Origin: Blepharisma stoltei ATCC 30299
Taxonomy: Eukaryota; Protista; Ciliophora
Assembly (NCBI GenBank): GCA_965603825.1
Contig: CBFDEM010000004.1
Span: 930,001-994,000 of the forward strand
DNA length: 64,000 nucleotides
Reading direction: 5' to 3'
Position numbers and translations under genes: made by a program. The notes under the pieces were generated by a model that was not told the DNA's origin, did not search any database, and saw only the letters and a program-made list of their open reading frames with translations. Shown in pieces: positions 24,201 through 36,235 of the stretch; position 1 is the stretch's first letter, and every line of letters starts with the position of its first letter.

Positions 24201-25781
24201 ATGGGTGTTATCACAAGTGCTCCAGACCCAGTTATCATTGAATTAAAGGAAATAAAATCTTCTAAGGAGAGATATACACTTGATTCACAAGATTTCAACA
24301 GAGACTTAAAATGGATCACTAAAGCAGGCGAAGCTCTTGCAAGAAATAAAAAAATCAAATCAATTGTGTTTAAGCTATTTTTGGTAGATGCAAAAAATGA
24401 AAAACTCAGCAATGCTATTGCTAGAAGCTTAATGAGAATGGAAAATGTCACGTTTTATGGTGCTGGTCTAGATTTTTTTGAGTTGCCTAAGTGAGCGTTA
24501 TATTGGAAAATTGCTAAAGTTGAAAGTCTGTCAATAAAGTTTTGCTTTTCAGATAAAGCATTTGAATTATTTTGTAAAGGAATTGAAGCTAATATGTATA
24601 TAAAAGAGCTGAGTTTTAAATATTATGACGTAGCCCAGCTAAATCGTCTTGAAAAAGCCTTGACTATAAACAAAGCATTAAAAACCCTAAATATCTGCTT
24701 TGACCCGCGCCCCACAACTCCAGAAGAAGCCGAAAACAGTAATGAAGGAACTTCATATGCTCCTTCAACCGCACAATCAGCAATATCCCACAACTATCTT
24801 CTTTACCAAAACGAATCCATCACAACTTATTCTTTATCTGGATACCTTGAAAGTTACACCTCAGCACTTATTGTAGGACTCTCAAAAAATAACTGTATAA
24901 ATAAACTGATTTTAGACAGTCTTGATCTGGACCGTGAAGCAGGACAATACTGAAATCAAATGTTTATGACAAATACCTCTATATCAGAAATCGAAATAAA
25001 GCGAGGATTCAATACCATAACTGCAATGATTATTTTCCAAACTTTAAGACGCAATAAAGGGGTTAAAGTTTTAAAGCTTCATGAGTGTTCATTTTTAGAA
25101 GCAGGGTATGCAATTTTTAAAAATTTATTACAGGAAAACAGCACCTTACAAAGTATTGAAATTAAAGAAATGCTGCATATTAGAACAGACCCAGTCACTC
25201 AGACAAAAAATCTTGTTCATGTAATAGAAGGATTAGCCTCTAATAGCTCTATTAAAGAAGCATGTATTGCAATACATAAAAGCGCTTTAAATTTAGACCC
25301 AGAAGTAACACAATATAAAGGCGAAGAATTACGGCAATCCTTATATCGTTTATTTTCTCAAAATTCCTCTATTAATATACTAAAAATTGAGAATATCAGG
25401 CTTGGGAAAGAGGAATATAAAGCCATTGCAGAAGGCTTAGCAGAAAACAGAACAATAAGTATTCTTTCGCTGTCAGGGAATTTAATTGAATGGAAAGACT
25501 TAGAAATGATATTAATTAGTATCAGAAATAATGAGAATTTGGCATCACTTGATATAAGCTCTAATAAAATTTATCCTTGGAATGATTTGTGTAACCAGAG
25601 AGGGGTGGAGTTTGCGAATGAGTCGCTAAATTATATGGGAAACGTATTTAGCTTGTTAGCAAGCTCAAAGTTGAAGAATATTAAGGTTATTGCTTGGTTT
25701 TGGGAGTCAAGAAAGTATCCGGAAATAATTGCAGATGTGTTGTTCTCTGCAAAGCAAGTGATAAATTCTAATAATAGGTAA
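24201..25781 (+). CDS. RNI-like leucine-rich repeat protein, 526 aa
   Basis: Three ORFs joined by TGA=Trp (24492, 24951); repeated L..N..I..L.L units; MGxxxS possible myristoylation signal. Confidence 0.8.
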
Positions 25782-26238
25782 TTTTCAGGAAATATATCAA
25801 ATTTTTAATTATTGGTTGTAATTTAATTAATTGCCATTATTAAGTAGCTTCAACTGTATAATAAGTTTAATATCTTTTATAATGGCTTAAATTTTATTTT
25901 AGAAAGTAGAATAAGTTTTATAAATGATAAGCGGGAAAATTCTTTACTTTTTCCAATAATTCTTAAAGCTATTTTTCAGTCCGAGTAAAAACTTTTCGGT
26001 ACGGTTAAAATACTGATTCATTTGCAAACAAATCCAGCAATTTCTATAATAATTTTTTTTCTCGAACCATAATAAATATGAAATTCTCTATTATAGCATT
26101 AATTCGACGTCTATTTGATTAATTTAATAGAATAATAAGCCTTAAACCTGGGAGGCTATATTGATTTTCCTTATTAATGCCATTTAGAAATTAATTTATC
26201 AAATTTACACCTAGGCATAATAATTTTTTAATCATATC

Positions 26239-26868
26239 TTAATCAATATTTTCTTCTTTCATATTATCCTCTTTACTTAAACTTGGCTTCGGAGACCCTG
26301 TTTGCTGATTTTTCACAGACTCAAAAACTTCTTCTTTACTCATGTTATGCACATTTTCAGGAATAATTTTTTCAGGCTCTCTTGCGTTTTTCTTCGGCCT
26401 AATCAAAATATAAAGAAAATACCCTGTTTTTGCCAAAAGCAATAAAAACGTAAGAGCAATGAGCACAGCTGATAATGAATAATAAACAGTATCTTCCTAA
26501 ATAAATAATACACAGCTAGATCTTGAAATTGCATAAATCCCATAGATATTCCAAGCGATCATAAATAAAATTGTGCATATCATCAATAAAAGAGTAACTG
26601 AAATTCTTTTAAGAATAGGAAAAACTGATAGGAGTACATTGGCATAGATGATTATATATGTGTAATATGCTATCATTTCCCCAAGCAAAAACTCTCAAAG
26701 CTCATTGTTGGCGGACGAGCAATCATAAAATTCCGAATAATTCGTAAAAATAATAACTGCTGTAAACATACTTGCCACAAACAGGACAAATGACGGCAAA
26801 GCAGGAAACAAGTAAAATATCTCACTTTTGCTTTCAAGTTTTCGCTCAAAGTTCAATAAAAAGTTCAT
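26239..26868 (-). CDS. Hypothetical four-TM membrane protein, 204 aa, one intron
   Basis: One TGA=Trp and intron 26497-26511 join the fragments; four hydrophobic segments. Confidence 0.7.
26497..26511 (-). other. 15-nt spliceosomal intron
   Basis: GTATTATTTATTTAG on the minus strand. Confidence 0.8.
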
Positions 26869-26902
26869 CCAATTAATTTATTATTTAAGAATTAACATTA
26901 AT

Positions 26903-27499
26903 TTAAAGCTTATCAGCTTTTTCTTTAATTTCTGATTTTGCTTTACTTCGGCTTATCAAAATGCACAGCTCAAAAGCACAGACCAGCATAACACAGGCAA
27001 AAATCATGAAAAGCAGACTTTTGATATCTGTAAAAGTAAGTGTCGGGTAAATTGGCTCATCAATCATTGTCACTATAAAATTGAGCAGCCCATAAAGCAT
27101 CATTAGGACAATAGGGAAAATCATATTTTTCCTGTGGAATTGGATTTTGTTATAGGAAAAATCAAACATGAGGAAAAGGAATTGCAGGATATGGACTGAA
27201 ATATTATAGATCAGAGGAGGCCTTTGTTCAAGAGTGTAGCTTGGGAATACGAAACTCCAGTATGTGAAAGTGAGTGTCGCTTCTATTGGGAGGACTATTT
27301 GGTATACTAAATCTGCTTGACGGTGCTTGTTGGCGAGTTTTAGGAAGAAAAAGCTAAGGGTTAATGTTACACCCCAGTGGGTTAGCCATTGCAAATATCT
27401 GTAAGAAACTGCATGAATTCCTATTAGGAAAAAGGCAAAGGTATATAATCCCATGAAAAGTCTGAATTGACGGTGGTGATTTGAATTGAGAGATTTCAT
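26903..27499 (-). CDS. FAR-17a/AIG1-like (rolling stone-like) multipass membrane protein; start uncertain (27499 or 27517)
   Basis: YLQWLTHWG, NISVH and PIYPTL motifs with about six TMs. Confidence 0.7.
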   Translation of the reverse strand: MKSLNSNHHRQFRLFMGLYTFAFFLIGIHAVSYRYLQWLTHWGVTLTLSFFFLKLANKHRQADLVYQIVLPIEATLTFTYWSFVFPSYTLEQRPPLIYNISVHILQFLFLMFDFSYNKIQFHRKNMIFPIVLMMLYGLLNFIVTMIDEPIYPTLTFTDIKSLLFMIFACVMLVCAFELCILISRSKAKSEIKEKADKL

Positions 27500-27676
27500 T
27501 AGGAAATTTATTACCATTTTTATCTTCACCCATTTTATGTTGAGTGTATAAAATAGCATTTGAATCATTATTAGAGAAATTATTTTATTGAAATTTTTTG
27601 ATATCAACCAGATAACTATTTTTGAAAAAATTATAAAGAAATTAATTAGACTATAATAGAAAAAATATATTATATG

Positions 27677-28489
27677 CTAAATTACATGTGAAAAATCTTC
27701 AGCATGTCGTTCTTGTTCAAAAAAAGGCAACAAACACTTTTTTAAAAAAATTATTCCAGCTATGACTCTTCCTCTGCTACTTTGTGATAATTTTAAATAT
27801 TTATTCGATTTAATTTCAAATTCTTTTTTTCTTTGGTCAATGCTCCAATATGTGTAATACCCAAAAAGAATGCTTACAGAAAAAAGCAAAGCAAAACAAA
27901 AGACAAAAGTAAACACAATAATTTTTTTCTGGTCTTTAATTAAATTAAGAAAAGCTTCGTCCTTTAAAAAAATCCTTAAAAATGATTGCCCTAATAGCGC
28001 ACATACAAAAAGTGACCCTATTAATACTCATATCATAAACAGGTAAAAATATTTGAAATTTTGCTTTCCAATACAATTATTTGTAAAATAGCAGTGTTGA
28101 GTCATAGAAAGTATACAAGTTTCACATGTTGAGCAGTGAAAAGTGCCTTCTGGCATGTAATATTCGCAAAAATAGCAATATGATTTATTAGCTTTTGCCA
28201 GGACTTTGTCGAAGGTAGGATATAGACGGCGAGGATGGCCTGGGCTTGTAAAAGCAGCTTTAAATAGGTTAAAAGTGATGTTAAATACGATAAAAGTGCC
28301 CACGAGGGTCGAAAGAGTTCCAAGCTTGGCGTTGTTGATGAAAATCAGAGGGTGGAATGAAGAAAAATAGAAATATATGAACTGAGTAGAAAATACCGTG
28401 ACTAGTATCAGGTTTATGGAAGCAAAGCAAAGTCATCCTATAGTTTTCCCTGCAAAAGATCACGCAGTCTATTTCTGAAATACCTTCAT
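27677..28489 (-). CDS. DHHC-family palmitoyltransferase-like protein with TQHC active-site variant, 265 aa, one intron
   Basis: CxxC..P....HCSTCETCILSMTQHCYFTNNCIGKQNFKYF; intron 28469-28483; three TGA=Trp. Confidence 0.82.
28469..28483 (-). other. 15-nt spliceosomal intron after codon 2
   Basis: GTATTTCAGAAATAG on the minus strand. Confidence 0.75.
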
Positions 28490-29535
28490 TGATTTTAAAA
28501 AATTAAAATATTATGGTTTGATTATTAAAAGAAAAAATTACTTGGTGAAAATTTTAACTTAAAATATTGCTGCATACCAACTATATAAAAAATGAGTTTT
28601 ATCAACAACTTGTCACGCTTTAAAGCAATTTTTTATAATAAATTAGGTAAGGCTATAAATGAATACTTTTTACTTTAAAAATAGCATATCATTTGTGTGA
28701 TAATATAATCAATTCCAGAAAAAAACAATTTCAGATTACAAAAATATCTAATTTTGGAGTAGAATAATTTAATTTTCAATATTTTAGTTATCAAAACTAT
28801 ATTTTCAATTAAAGTTGAATAGTGGTCTATGCAACTTTAATTATTTTTCGAATCCACTTTTATCAGTAATTTGTAGCAATGAGCGGGACCTATGGAATAA
28901 ATAATTAGAAAATTTATTATCTCTGCCAGATAATTTAATATTAATAAAATACATAATTAATAAAATTATATGATCCACTCAATTTTAGGCAAAGCAATTT
29001 TTTAAATATATATTGAAGTTCACGATGAGTCCAATTATTTAATCCGTCTCATTCTCTAATAGTTTTTCACTACTTATGCAATTAAATCTCATTGCTTCAA
29101 GAAGCAAATATTGATATAATTCCAAGATTTTATCAAATAATACGTTTGAACTTATATAAAATTATATAGCTAACATGAGGATAAAGTTAAGCTACAGCTT
29201 GTTCAAGCCCAACATTTTTATATAATTTTCTTCTCTACCATGATAAAAAATTATACTAAGCTGTATTCTAAAACTAAAATTATTTCAATCATCCAGATTA
29301 TAATACATTAAACAAGGCATAAAAACTTTCAAAATCTTTTCTTAAAAAAATATTTCAATTAATTTATTTAATGATATTACATAATATTTACTTTAATGCT
29401 TTGGACGCTGCTCAATCACAAAATGAGCGTATGCAGGATAAAAATTACCATTTTAGGGACAAAATGTTTAGGCTGAAAATATGTTTTAATTTTAATGGAA
29501 CTTTATGCCTTGTAAATAAAGTAATCATTTTAAAT

Positions 29536-30261
29536 TTATTTATTTAATTTTCTGTGCTTTAGCGCCTTCCTTGCCCTTACATTGAGGTTCTTTTTAATAA
29601 ACGGCTTTATATTTAAATTGTTAAGGCACAGAGCTATGAAAATAAAACAGTTGTTGGTGTAGTGAGAGGAAACCTCGTTGATGACTACATTGTTAAATTG
29701 AATATTTCCATTCTCGTTTTCAGTAGCCTCATAAGTCCCTCTTAGGATTGGTTTTCCGCTGAGGGTTTTATTAAGGACTATTGGTGGCTCGTTATGAGTG
29801 ACTATAAATATTTGAAATTTTGCTTGAGATTGCAAGGCTATTATTTCTTTATCTCTATTCTCTAAGTGAAAGCTAAGCTTAAATCCTCTTTCCTTGCAAA
29901 TTCTTGCTGGAAAAGTTTTATCAAGCTCGAGTCTTATTGGAAAGTCACAGTTTTCTTTGGTCATCGAAAGAGCTTGAAGCACAATTTCTTCTGGATCTGG
30001 TGGCTTGACCTCTTCTGGTTTTGAAGTTGACCCACCCATTTCAGTAAAAGTCTGATAAAGGAAGCTAACTTCATTTGCCATCCTTCAGTGGCTATTAGCC
30101 AAGTTTGACAAAATCATGCTATTTCTGTTCATCGCCTCAAGAATCATTAAATTCATGCTAGCATATGGATTCTCATGCCACAGTTGCTGCCAATGGCATT
30201 CATAATGATCGCAACCTTCGTTATTTCTATAGAGGATACACATAATATTTAAATCACCCAT
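29536..30261 (-). CDS. Hypothetical protein with a C-terminal beta-rich domain (possible Ig-fold DNA-binding), ~241 aa; start uncertain
   Basis: The frame extends upstream of 30081 through one TGA=Trp to ATG 30261; GKPILRG..F..V.INEVSSH..F.F...IKP...VRARK. Confidence 0.65.
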
Positions 30262-30655
30262 ATTTTAAAAATTCAGTATTGTCAAAATGGACGAGCACTG
30301 AATGTAAAATTAATAATTAATAACTTATGTTATTTTACACTTAGTTTAAATTAAAACAAAAATTATTTTTACGGTTATGATAAGCCTATGTTTCTGAAAT
30401 TATTCTAGATTTGTGCTATGCATTTCTAATAAAAATTTTAGCAAAAATAATGTTTTTAATAATTCCTCTTATAAAAAAATATTGGAGTTCATAAATAAAT
30501 TTTAAGCAAAATTCATATTTAAAAGAGAGTCTTATTAAATTATAAAAAGATCCTAAAATTTAGCCTTAGAGATCCTATTATTTCATACTCTTTGCTTAAT
30601 AATTTGTTAATTAACATTCTGAATAATCACTGACTCAAAAGCTGGCTCTAGATTC

Positions 30656-31340
30656 TTAAGCAGGGATATTAATCTTAGCTAATTTATATATAACAATATT
30701 TGGAAACTCTTCATTTTTTATAATCTCAATCTCAAAGCTCTTTTTCAGCTCATTCAAAAATATTTCTTCTGAATCTGGATACCTAATTTGTTGGGCAACA
30801 TAAATTTTGGTTTCTGATCTCGATAAAGAAATTAAAGTATTTATAAAAGCAATCATACTTGCATATTCTCCATAAAGTACATCAGCCCCTACTATTAAAT
30901 CTCATTCTTCTAATGATTTCTCACGGATATGTTCATTTTCTCCCCAAATTAAATGCTCGATGCTCCATCTATCAGAATCGTTTAAATTTGCCTCAAAATT
31001 TCTTCTGGTTCAATTTAATAAAGCATAATTTCCATCAGTAGCTGTAACCTGGAATCCCATTATTGACAGCACAATTGATATCAAGCCAAGCCCACATCCA
31101 AGCTCTATACTTTTACCAGTTTTTATCTGTATTTCTTTACTTAAATATCTAGCTAGAACTAATCCTGCATTTCATTGAGCTCCTCCTACTCCTGAGCCTG
31201 GCTATATTATTTTTTACCTCTAAGCATTGTGAAATTTTGATTAAAGGACGCGAGAGATTCTCAAAGTGATACTCCATCGTCGAAATAAGCATTTCTTGAT
31301 GGATTGGAGGTGTATAAAGCGCAAGCTGAGTACAGTCCAT
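30656..31340 (-). CDS. METTL21-like (Methyltransf_16) protein-lysine methyltransferase, 222 aa, one intron
   Basis: GVGGAQW(TGA)NAGLVLARYL; IELGCGLG; ATD; LIWG; DLIVGADVLY; 16-nt intron 31202-31217. Confidence 0.88.
31202..31217 (-). other. 16-nt spliceosomal intron
   Basis: GTAAAAAATAATATAG on the minus strand; restores the methyltransferase frame. Confidence 0.85.
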
Positions 31341-31409
31341 TTCTATTTTAATAAATTAATTAATAAAATTTGTCATACGAATTTACAAATGACGATTTTG
31401 TAATAATAA

Positions 31410-32294
31410 ATGGGTTTAAAGTTTCTCAATAAAAAAAGTTGGCATACAGGCAGCTTCCAAAATATTGAAAAGGTATGGATAGCCGAGCAAGAAAACAAGG
31501 AACAACAGCGCAAGATGAGGGAACTTCAGCGAAGGCTTAAAGAAGAAAGACACTATGAAGATCTCAAAAAAATACAAGCAGAAATAGGCTTGATCCCAAA
31601 GTCTCATCTGCAAAGGCTAGATTGGATGTATGAAGGCGGGTCTATAAAAAATACAAGCAGTGAAGAATATTTATTAGGGAAAAAATTTGAAGAGCCTGAC
31701 CCAGAAGCAGAAAAGCCGGAATGGAGGCCAATTCTTTGTAAAGAAAGCACAGCAAATTCGAATAATGAAGCGTTTACGAAAGTCCATGAAGATCCTATGT
31801 TTGCAATTTTACATGAAGAAAAACGTAGACGAGAAGATATATTAAGTAACCCAATAAAAATGATGCAAATCAAAAAAGAAATCGAAGACATGAAAAAAGG
31901 AAAAAAAGAAAAGCACAAAAAACATAAAAAACATAAAAAACACCACCATAAAGATTATAAACACAGCAGTGATAGATCTGAATCTACAGAAAGCTCAAGG
32001 GCGCACAAGAAATATGGTCTCCAAGGCAAAGAAGTAGATATCGGGAAAAATCTATGCCCAGATTGGGAAATGAGAGAAAAGAAAAAGGAGCACTCAAGAC
32101 ATAAAGAAGAAATTATTCCGATGAGTGAAGAAGAAAGAGAAAGGAAAATTGAAGAAATGAAAAACTGTGGAGAAATGCTGAAAAAGAAAAAAGAAAAAGA
32201 ATATGAAAAACTTGATGAAGGAAAAAGAAACCATAGACCGAAATTTATTGAGAAAACTGGAAGAGATGCAGTTGAAACCCTGAAGAGGAGATAA
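31410..32294 (+). CDS. CWC25: Pre-mRNA splicing factor CWC25, 294 aa
   Basis: LNKKSWH..N.EKVW.AE (Cir_N); RLDWMY; EEYLLGK; EDPM..I. Confidence 0.9.
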   Translation: MGLKFLNKKSWHTGSFQNIEKVWIAEQENKEQQRKMRELQRRLKEERHYEDLKKIQAEIGLIPKSHLQRLDWMYEGGSIKNTSSEEYLLGKKFEEPDPEAEKPEWRPILCKESTANSNNEAFTKVHEDPMFAILHEEKRRREDILSNPIKMMQIKKEIEDMKKGKKEKHKKHKKHKKHHHKDYKHSSDRSESTESSRAHKKYGLQGKEVDIGKNLCPDWEMREKKKEHSRHKEEIIPMSEEERERKIEEMKNCGEMLKKKKEKEYEKLDEGKRNHRPKFIEKTGRDAVETLKRR

Positions 32295-32347
32295 AATAAT
32301 AAAACTAATATGTTTTGCTGGATTTTTGGATTAAAAGATAATAAAAA

Positions 32348-32992
32348 ATGAAAATTCCAACTATGAAATATTTACAGTGGCACTTTGAAATTGAAAAATA
32401 TATGCCTTATGTTTGTGGAACGATTTTGTTTGTCAGCGTTATAGGTGTGATATCTAAAAGAGTAAAAATAACCAAGCTAGGTTTCTGAATTTTAGTTTTA
32501 GCGAACATTCTTAACTTGATCCCTATTTATTTAGTCTGCGATTTAAATGAGAACAAAATGTGCAAGAATTCAATACAGTCTATTTTAATATTATGTCTAC
32601 TTTTACACGAATACAAAAATATAAATGACTTTTTCAATTTGTAAAAATAAATTAGGTCTATTTTTATATGTTATTGCTTGATGAAGTCTTCATTTTATAT
32701 TTCCTTATATTTTTCATATCTTTTTTGCTGGGTAGAATTTTTGCTTTTATTGATTTCTGCTTTAAGGAGTTTTATAGTATTTTTGAAATTTAATGAGGAT
32801 TCAGCTCAAAATTTCTTTAAATTTTTATTGATAATTTTGATAGGCTCCAATTGATATTTTTCGGCGAATTTGAAAGGATCTTGCTATTGAAATGGCCAGA
32901 GAGATTTAGTAACAGAGCTTTCATTTGTTGGCTTAATTTTTGTGGTTGTTTTATATTGATTCTTTTCCAGAAAAAAAATTAAATTAAATTAA
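32348..32992 (+). CDS. Hypothetical multipass membrane protein, 209 aa, one intron; absent from the ORF track
   Basis: Open with four TGA=Trp (32486, 32852, 32888, 32957) and intron 32641-32655; several hydrophobic helices; ends KKIKLN. Confidence 0.6.
32641..32655 (+). other. 15-nt spliceosomal intron
   Basis: GTAAAAATAAATTAG. Confidence 0.7.
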
Positions 32993-33063
32993 TTTATCAT
33001 ATGCATAATGTCATTAGATATATTAAATAAATTAAAATTGATTGCCAAATTATTTATTTGCTT

Positions 33064-33846
33064 TTAAGATTTCCCCTCTTTATTTGTTTCTGACACTTTA
33101 GAAGCATTAGAAGAAGGAATATTGAAATATCTGAAATCAGTCATTATATGGAAAGTAGTGCCCAAATCAAGCATTATATCTCTATATTTAGCTGAAATTA
33201 TATCTCTAATTGTACCCTGCTTCAACATTGGGAAATTTTTTAAGCTGCAGGCCTTCTTCATTTGCATTTTCTCAACTTCCATTTTTTCCCTTCTCCTTGT
33301 CTCACTTATATGGTTTGCATATTCACTATAAATCTGGTTAAATTCTTTTTCATACGCCCTATAATCTTCTTCCCTTTCAAAATCCCTTTTTTTCTTTATG
33401 CTAAATCCTTTATTTCTTGCATAAACATAAAAATAATTAATAAATTCATTCCATTGGCCGAGCTTTTCATCAGTTTTTGCGATTTTGTCTTTAGAGATAT
33501 TTTTCAATGCAGCTTTGGGTTTTGGGAAAAATTTTGGAATCATGGAAAGCCTGTTAAATGAGAGGTCAAAATTAACGTCAGTTTGATACTGTTTTTGTTC
33601 TTCTGTAGGCCTCTTCCTTAATTCGTCTATTATTGCGTTGCTTTCTGACATTGTGAACCTTAAAAGTCGGACTTCGAGAACTGGGTTTGATTTTATAGTC
33701 TCTCTCCACGCGAAACAAACGCATTGACAGCTATAAAGGTCTTCTCCTTCAAGATATGCAAGAATTAGCATGAAAATGTCTTTATTACCGAAAATTGGAT
33801 GATCAAGCTGCATTCTTGCGAGGTATTTGTTGAATAGGCTGAGCAT
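33064..33846 (-). CDS. F-box protein, 260 aa
   Basis: DIFMLILAYLEGEDLYSCQCVCFAWRETI F-box pattern. Confidence 0.75.
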   Translation of the reverse strand: MLSLFNKYLARMQLDHPIFGNKDIFMLILAYLEGEDLYSCQCVCFAWRETIKSNPVLEVRLLRFTMSESNAIIDELRKRPTEEQKQYQTDVNFDLSFNRLSMIPKFFPKPKAALKNISKDKIAKTDEKLGQWNEFINYFYVYARNKGFSIKKKRDFEREEDYRAYEKEFNQIYSEYANHISETRRREKMEVEKMQMKKACSLKNFPMLKQGTIRDIISAKYRDIMLDLGTTFHIMTDFRYFNIPSSNASKVSETNKEGKS

Positions 33847-34170
33847 TTTTATATATTAAGAAAATATGATGGAATCGAGAAAACCGGATTTATATAGAAA
33901 AGATAAGTAATGAGAAAATAATTATTAAAACAGTAAGGAAAGGATTAATTGATTTTATTAAGTTTAAGAAATGATATTAACTAGCAGTCTTGGTTGAAAA
34001 TTTCCCCCTGATATGATTTCCTCAGCATTTTTAAAATGAGTCTTTTTCTATTAATATTTTATTCGGAATATAATAATCTTTTTTAGTATTAAGCTTATAT
34101 TATAATAAACCAAATATAGTAGCTATTTCACAAGATAAAAATTTTTTGACTTAAAATTTAATTATGTTAT

Positions 34171-34644
34171 TTAATTAATAGAAATGGCTTTTCTTTCAAT
34201 TTTACATATAAACCTTCCTTTAACTCTTGGCCTGTTTTCTGCTACATATTTTCTGCAGGCGTAGTTTATCTTTTTACCCCAATTCCTCAGCTGCTTTTTC
34301 GCTTTGTATTTAGCTATTTTCTGTTGTCGTAGCTCAAGTGGTATTTTTGGCATTCTTCATTGGTTTTCTCGCTTTTTAAGGCTTCTCTCTATGATTTTGC
34401 ATTCTCCATCGCCAGGCTCTATGTTTTGCAAATTATTTTTGCAGTTAATCGGACTTTTTAAGTCTTGAAAAAATTCAGTTTCAAAAATTGATAAATCTGA
34501 TAACTCCATTGGTAGAAAATCTACCCCGAGTCTTAAATAAGATACTACTACTGTGCCCCTATAAGAGTTTTCTTCTTTCATGATTGCACTGTCCAAAATT
34601 TGGCATAAAGCTTGGTTCTCGTAATCGAAATTCTCAAAAATCAT
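34171..34644 (-). CDS. CCT-motif protein, 157 aa
   Basis: RQQKIAKYKAKKQLRNWGKKINYACRKYVAENRPRVKGRF; TGA=Trp at 34357 joins two ORFs. Confidence 0.85.
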
Positions 34645-35458
34645 TTATAAAGAAAGCTTCATTTTTACAGAAAAATCATTAGGTTAAGATGGGAAATAAA
34701 GAATTAATGAAATCGAAATCAGCTTGCCGCTAGCATTTTCTTGAAGAATGCATAATGAATAGAGAAAGAACTTATTCATTAAATCTTGCTAATTCCAGAG
34801 GTTTATATAATTTTATGTCACTTTACTTTAAAAAATGATTTTTTAGCCCTTAGACAAACATGAGGAGGGGTCAATTTAAAGCGATAAAACATGGAATGAG
34901 GTTTTGTGGCAAGACTGGCCGAAATTTACTTAGTATGATTCTTTGACCTAGTTCTTTGCTAACTTAAAATACCCTTTTGCTTAAAAAACTTTCATTTTTT
35001 TCGCTTTTCAAAGTCTTTGGCACCAAAAACTATAATAAATATTTATTAATAGCTCAATTTACAAGGCAAAAATATAAGGGTATGAAATTCTTAGGAATAG
35101 AGAAATGAATCAAAGTTAAATTCAAGAACTTATAAAATCGGATATGTTGAAAATTGATTTAAAGATATTGCATAGGGATTTCAGAACGGCTTCGATAAAT
35201 CTCTTTATGTTACTAAGATTCAATGCTATAGCTCCGCTTAGGTCAAATTATGATTCGCAAACAAAGATTATTAAAAATGATCATAATTCGTTTTTGGGAT
35301 TTATTAGACTTTAATCAAGTTATCTAGTCTTATAGCTTAGCAAGCAAGACCTACTAATTTTAATACTTAAAATCTTTAAAAAATAGCCAAAATATCAAAA
35401 TAAATTATTTTAAGCTTGTTAATTTTTTTCAATAGACTTGAAATTAAATTTTAACTTA

Positions 35459-36235
35459 TTAAGCTTCTTCTTTCTGCTCTAAAGTTGCCTCAGTTATTTG
35501 AGTAGACCCGTCACTCATTTCCCAGTACTTTTTCACTTTTTTCACTGTTTTCCCTCCTTCAGTTTCAGTTCTAATCTCACAAGTCAGCTTAACAGCTCCA
35601 TCAAGCCATTCTTCAACTTCTGCGACAGGCTTAAGATCTCCTTCAGGGACTTCGACATGCTCTAATTCGTCTTTATCTTTAAATCCTCCAGCTAAGACCA
35701 AGCTAATCACAGTCTTATATTCAGTATGAGGAGCAGCGCCAATACCTACCTTATTGAATCTTGGATTAAGAAGCGCATTTCTGTGAGGACGAGTTGACAG
35801 CCCATCGTCAATTAAGAAAGTGCAGACTGTTTCAAAAGCATCGACTGAGCCATAATCAAGAGCTTCAGCTATGCATTCACTCCAGCGACCAAAATATTCT
35901 AAGCGATCTTGAAGAGTATTCTCTTTTGAACCAATATGGCCTACAATTCCTAATGAGCCAGTGTCATTACAGTGAGCTTGAGCTGCTCTGCCAAGACCTT
36001 CTGACCAGGTTAAAGCTTGGATTGGCTCAGCTGCCCGCAAAGCTTGAATTGCCTCAAGAGCAGCATTAATACCTTCACGTGTTACAATAGGAACCGCGCC
36101 TGGGCGATGTTTGGCGTTGTTGGATTTATATTGATTTAGCGTGCTTTCTAGGCTATCTGCAAACCCATGAGGGTTTGTGCGAGCTTGGTTGACTTCGTGA
36201 AAAATTTCCTGGATAAGTTCTGCGTAGGTTGGCAT
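35459..36235 (-). CDS. CAP/SCP domain protein, 258 aa
   Basis: VNQARTNP; L.WSEGL..AAQAH; GHIG; IDDGLSTRPHRNALLNP.F..VGIG. Confidence 0.85.
   Translation of the reverse strand: MPTYAELIQEIFHEVNQARTNPHGFADSLESTLNQYKSNNAKHRPGAVPIVTREGINAALEAIQALRAAEPIQALTWSEGLGRAAQAHCNDTGSLGIVGHIGSKENTLQDRLEYFGRWSECIAEALDYGSVDAFETVCTFLIDDGLSTRPHRNALLNPRFNKVGIGAAPHTEYKTVISLVLAGGFKDKDELEHVEVPEGDLKPVAEVEEWLDGAVKLTCEIRTETEGGKTVKKVKKYWEMSDGSTQITEATLEQKEEA

Noticed and set aside
28490-29535. Long AT-rich tract as a possible IES, transposon remnant or ncRNA
   Set aside because: No terminal repeats, ORF or convincing structure; IES status cannot be judged without MAC/MIC read comparison. The same applies to 39104-40041 and 34645-35458.
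30227-30241. Possible 15-nt intron GTGTATCCTCTATAG near the 5' end of the 29536..30261 gene
   Set aside because: Lacks the -6 A found in all 16 accepted introns and is not needed to keep the frame open.
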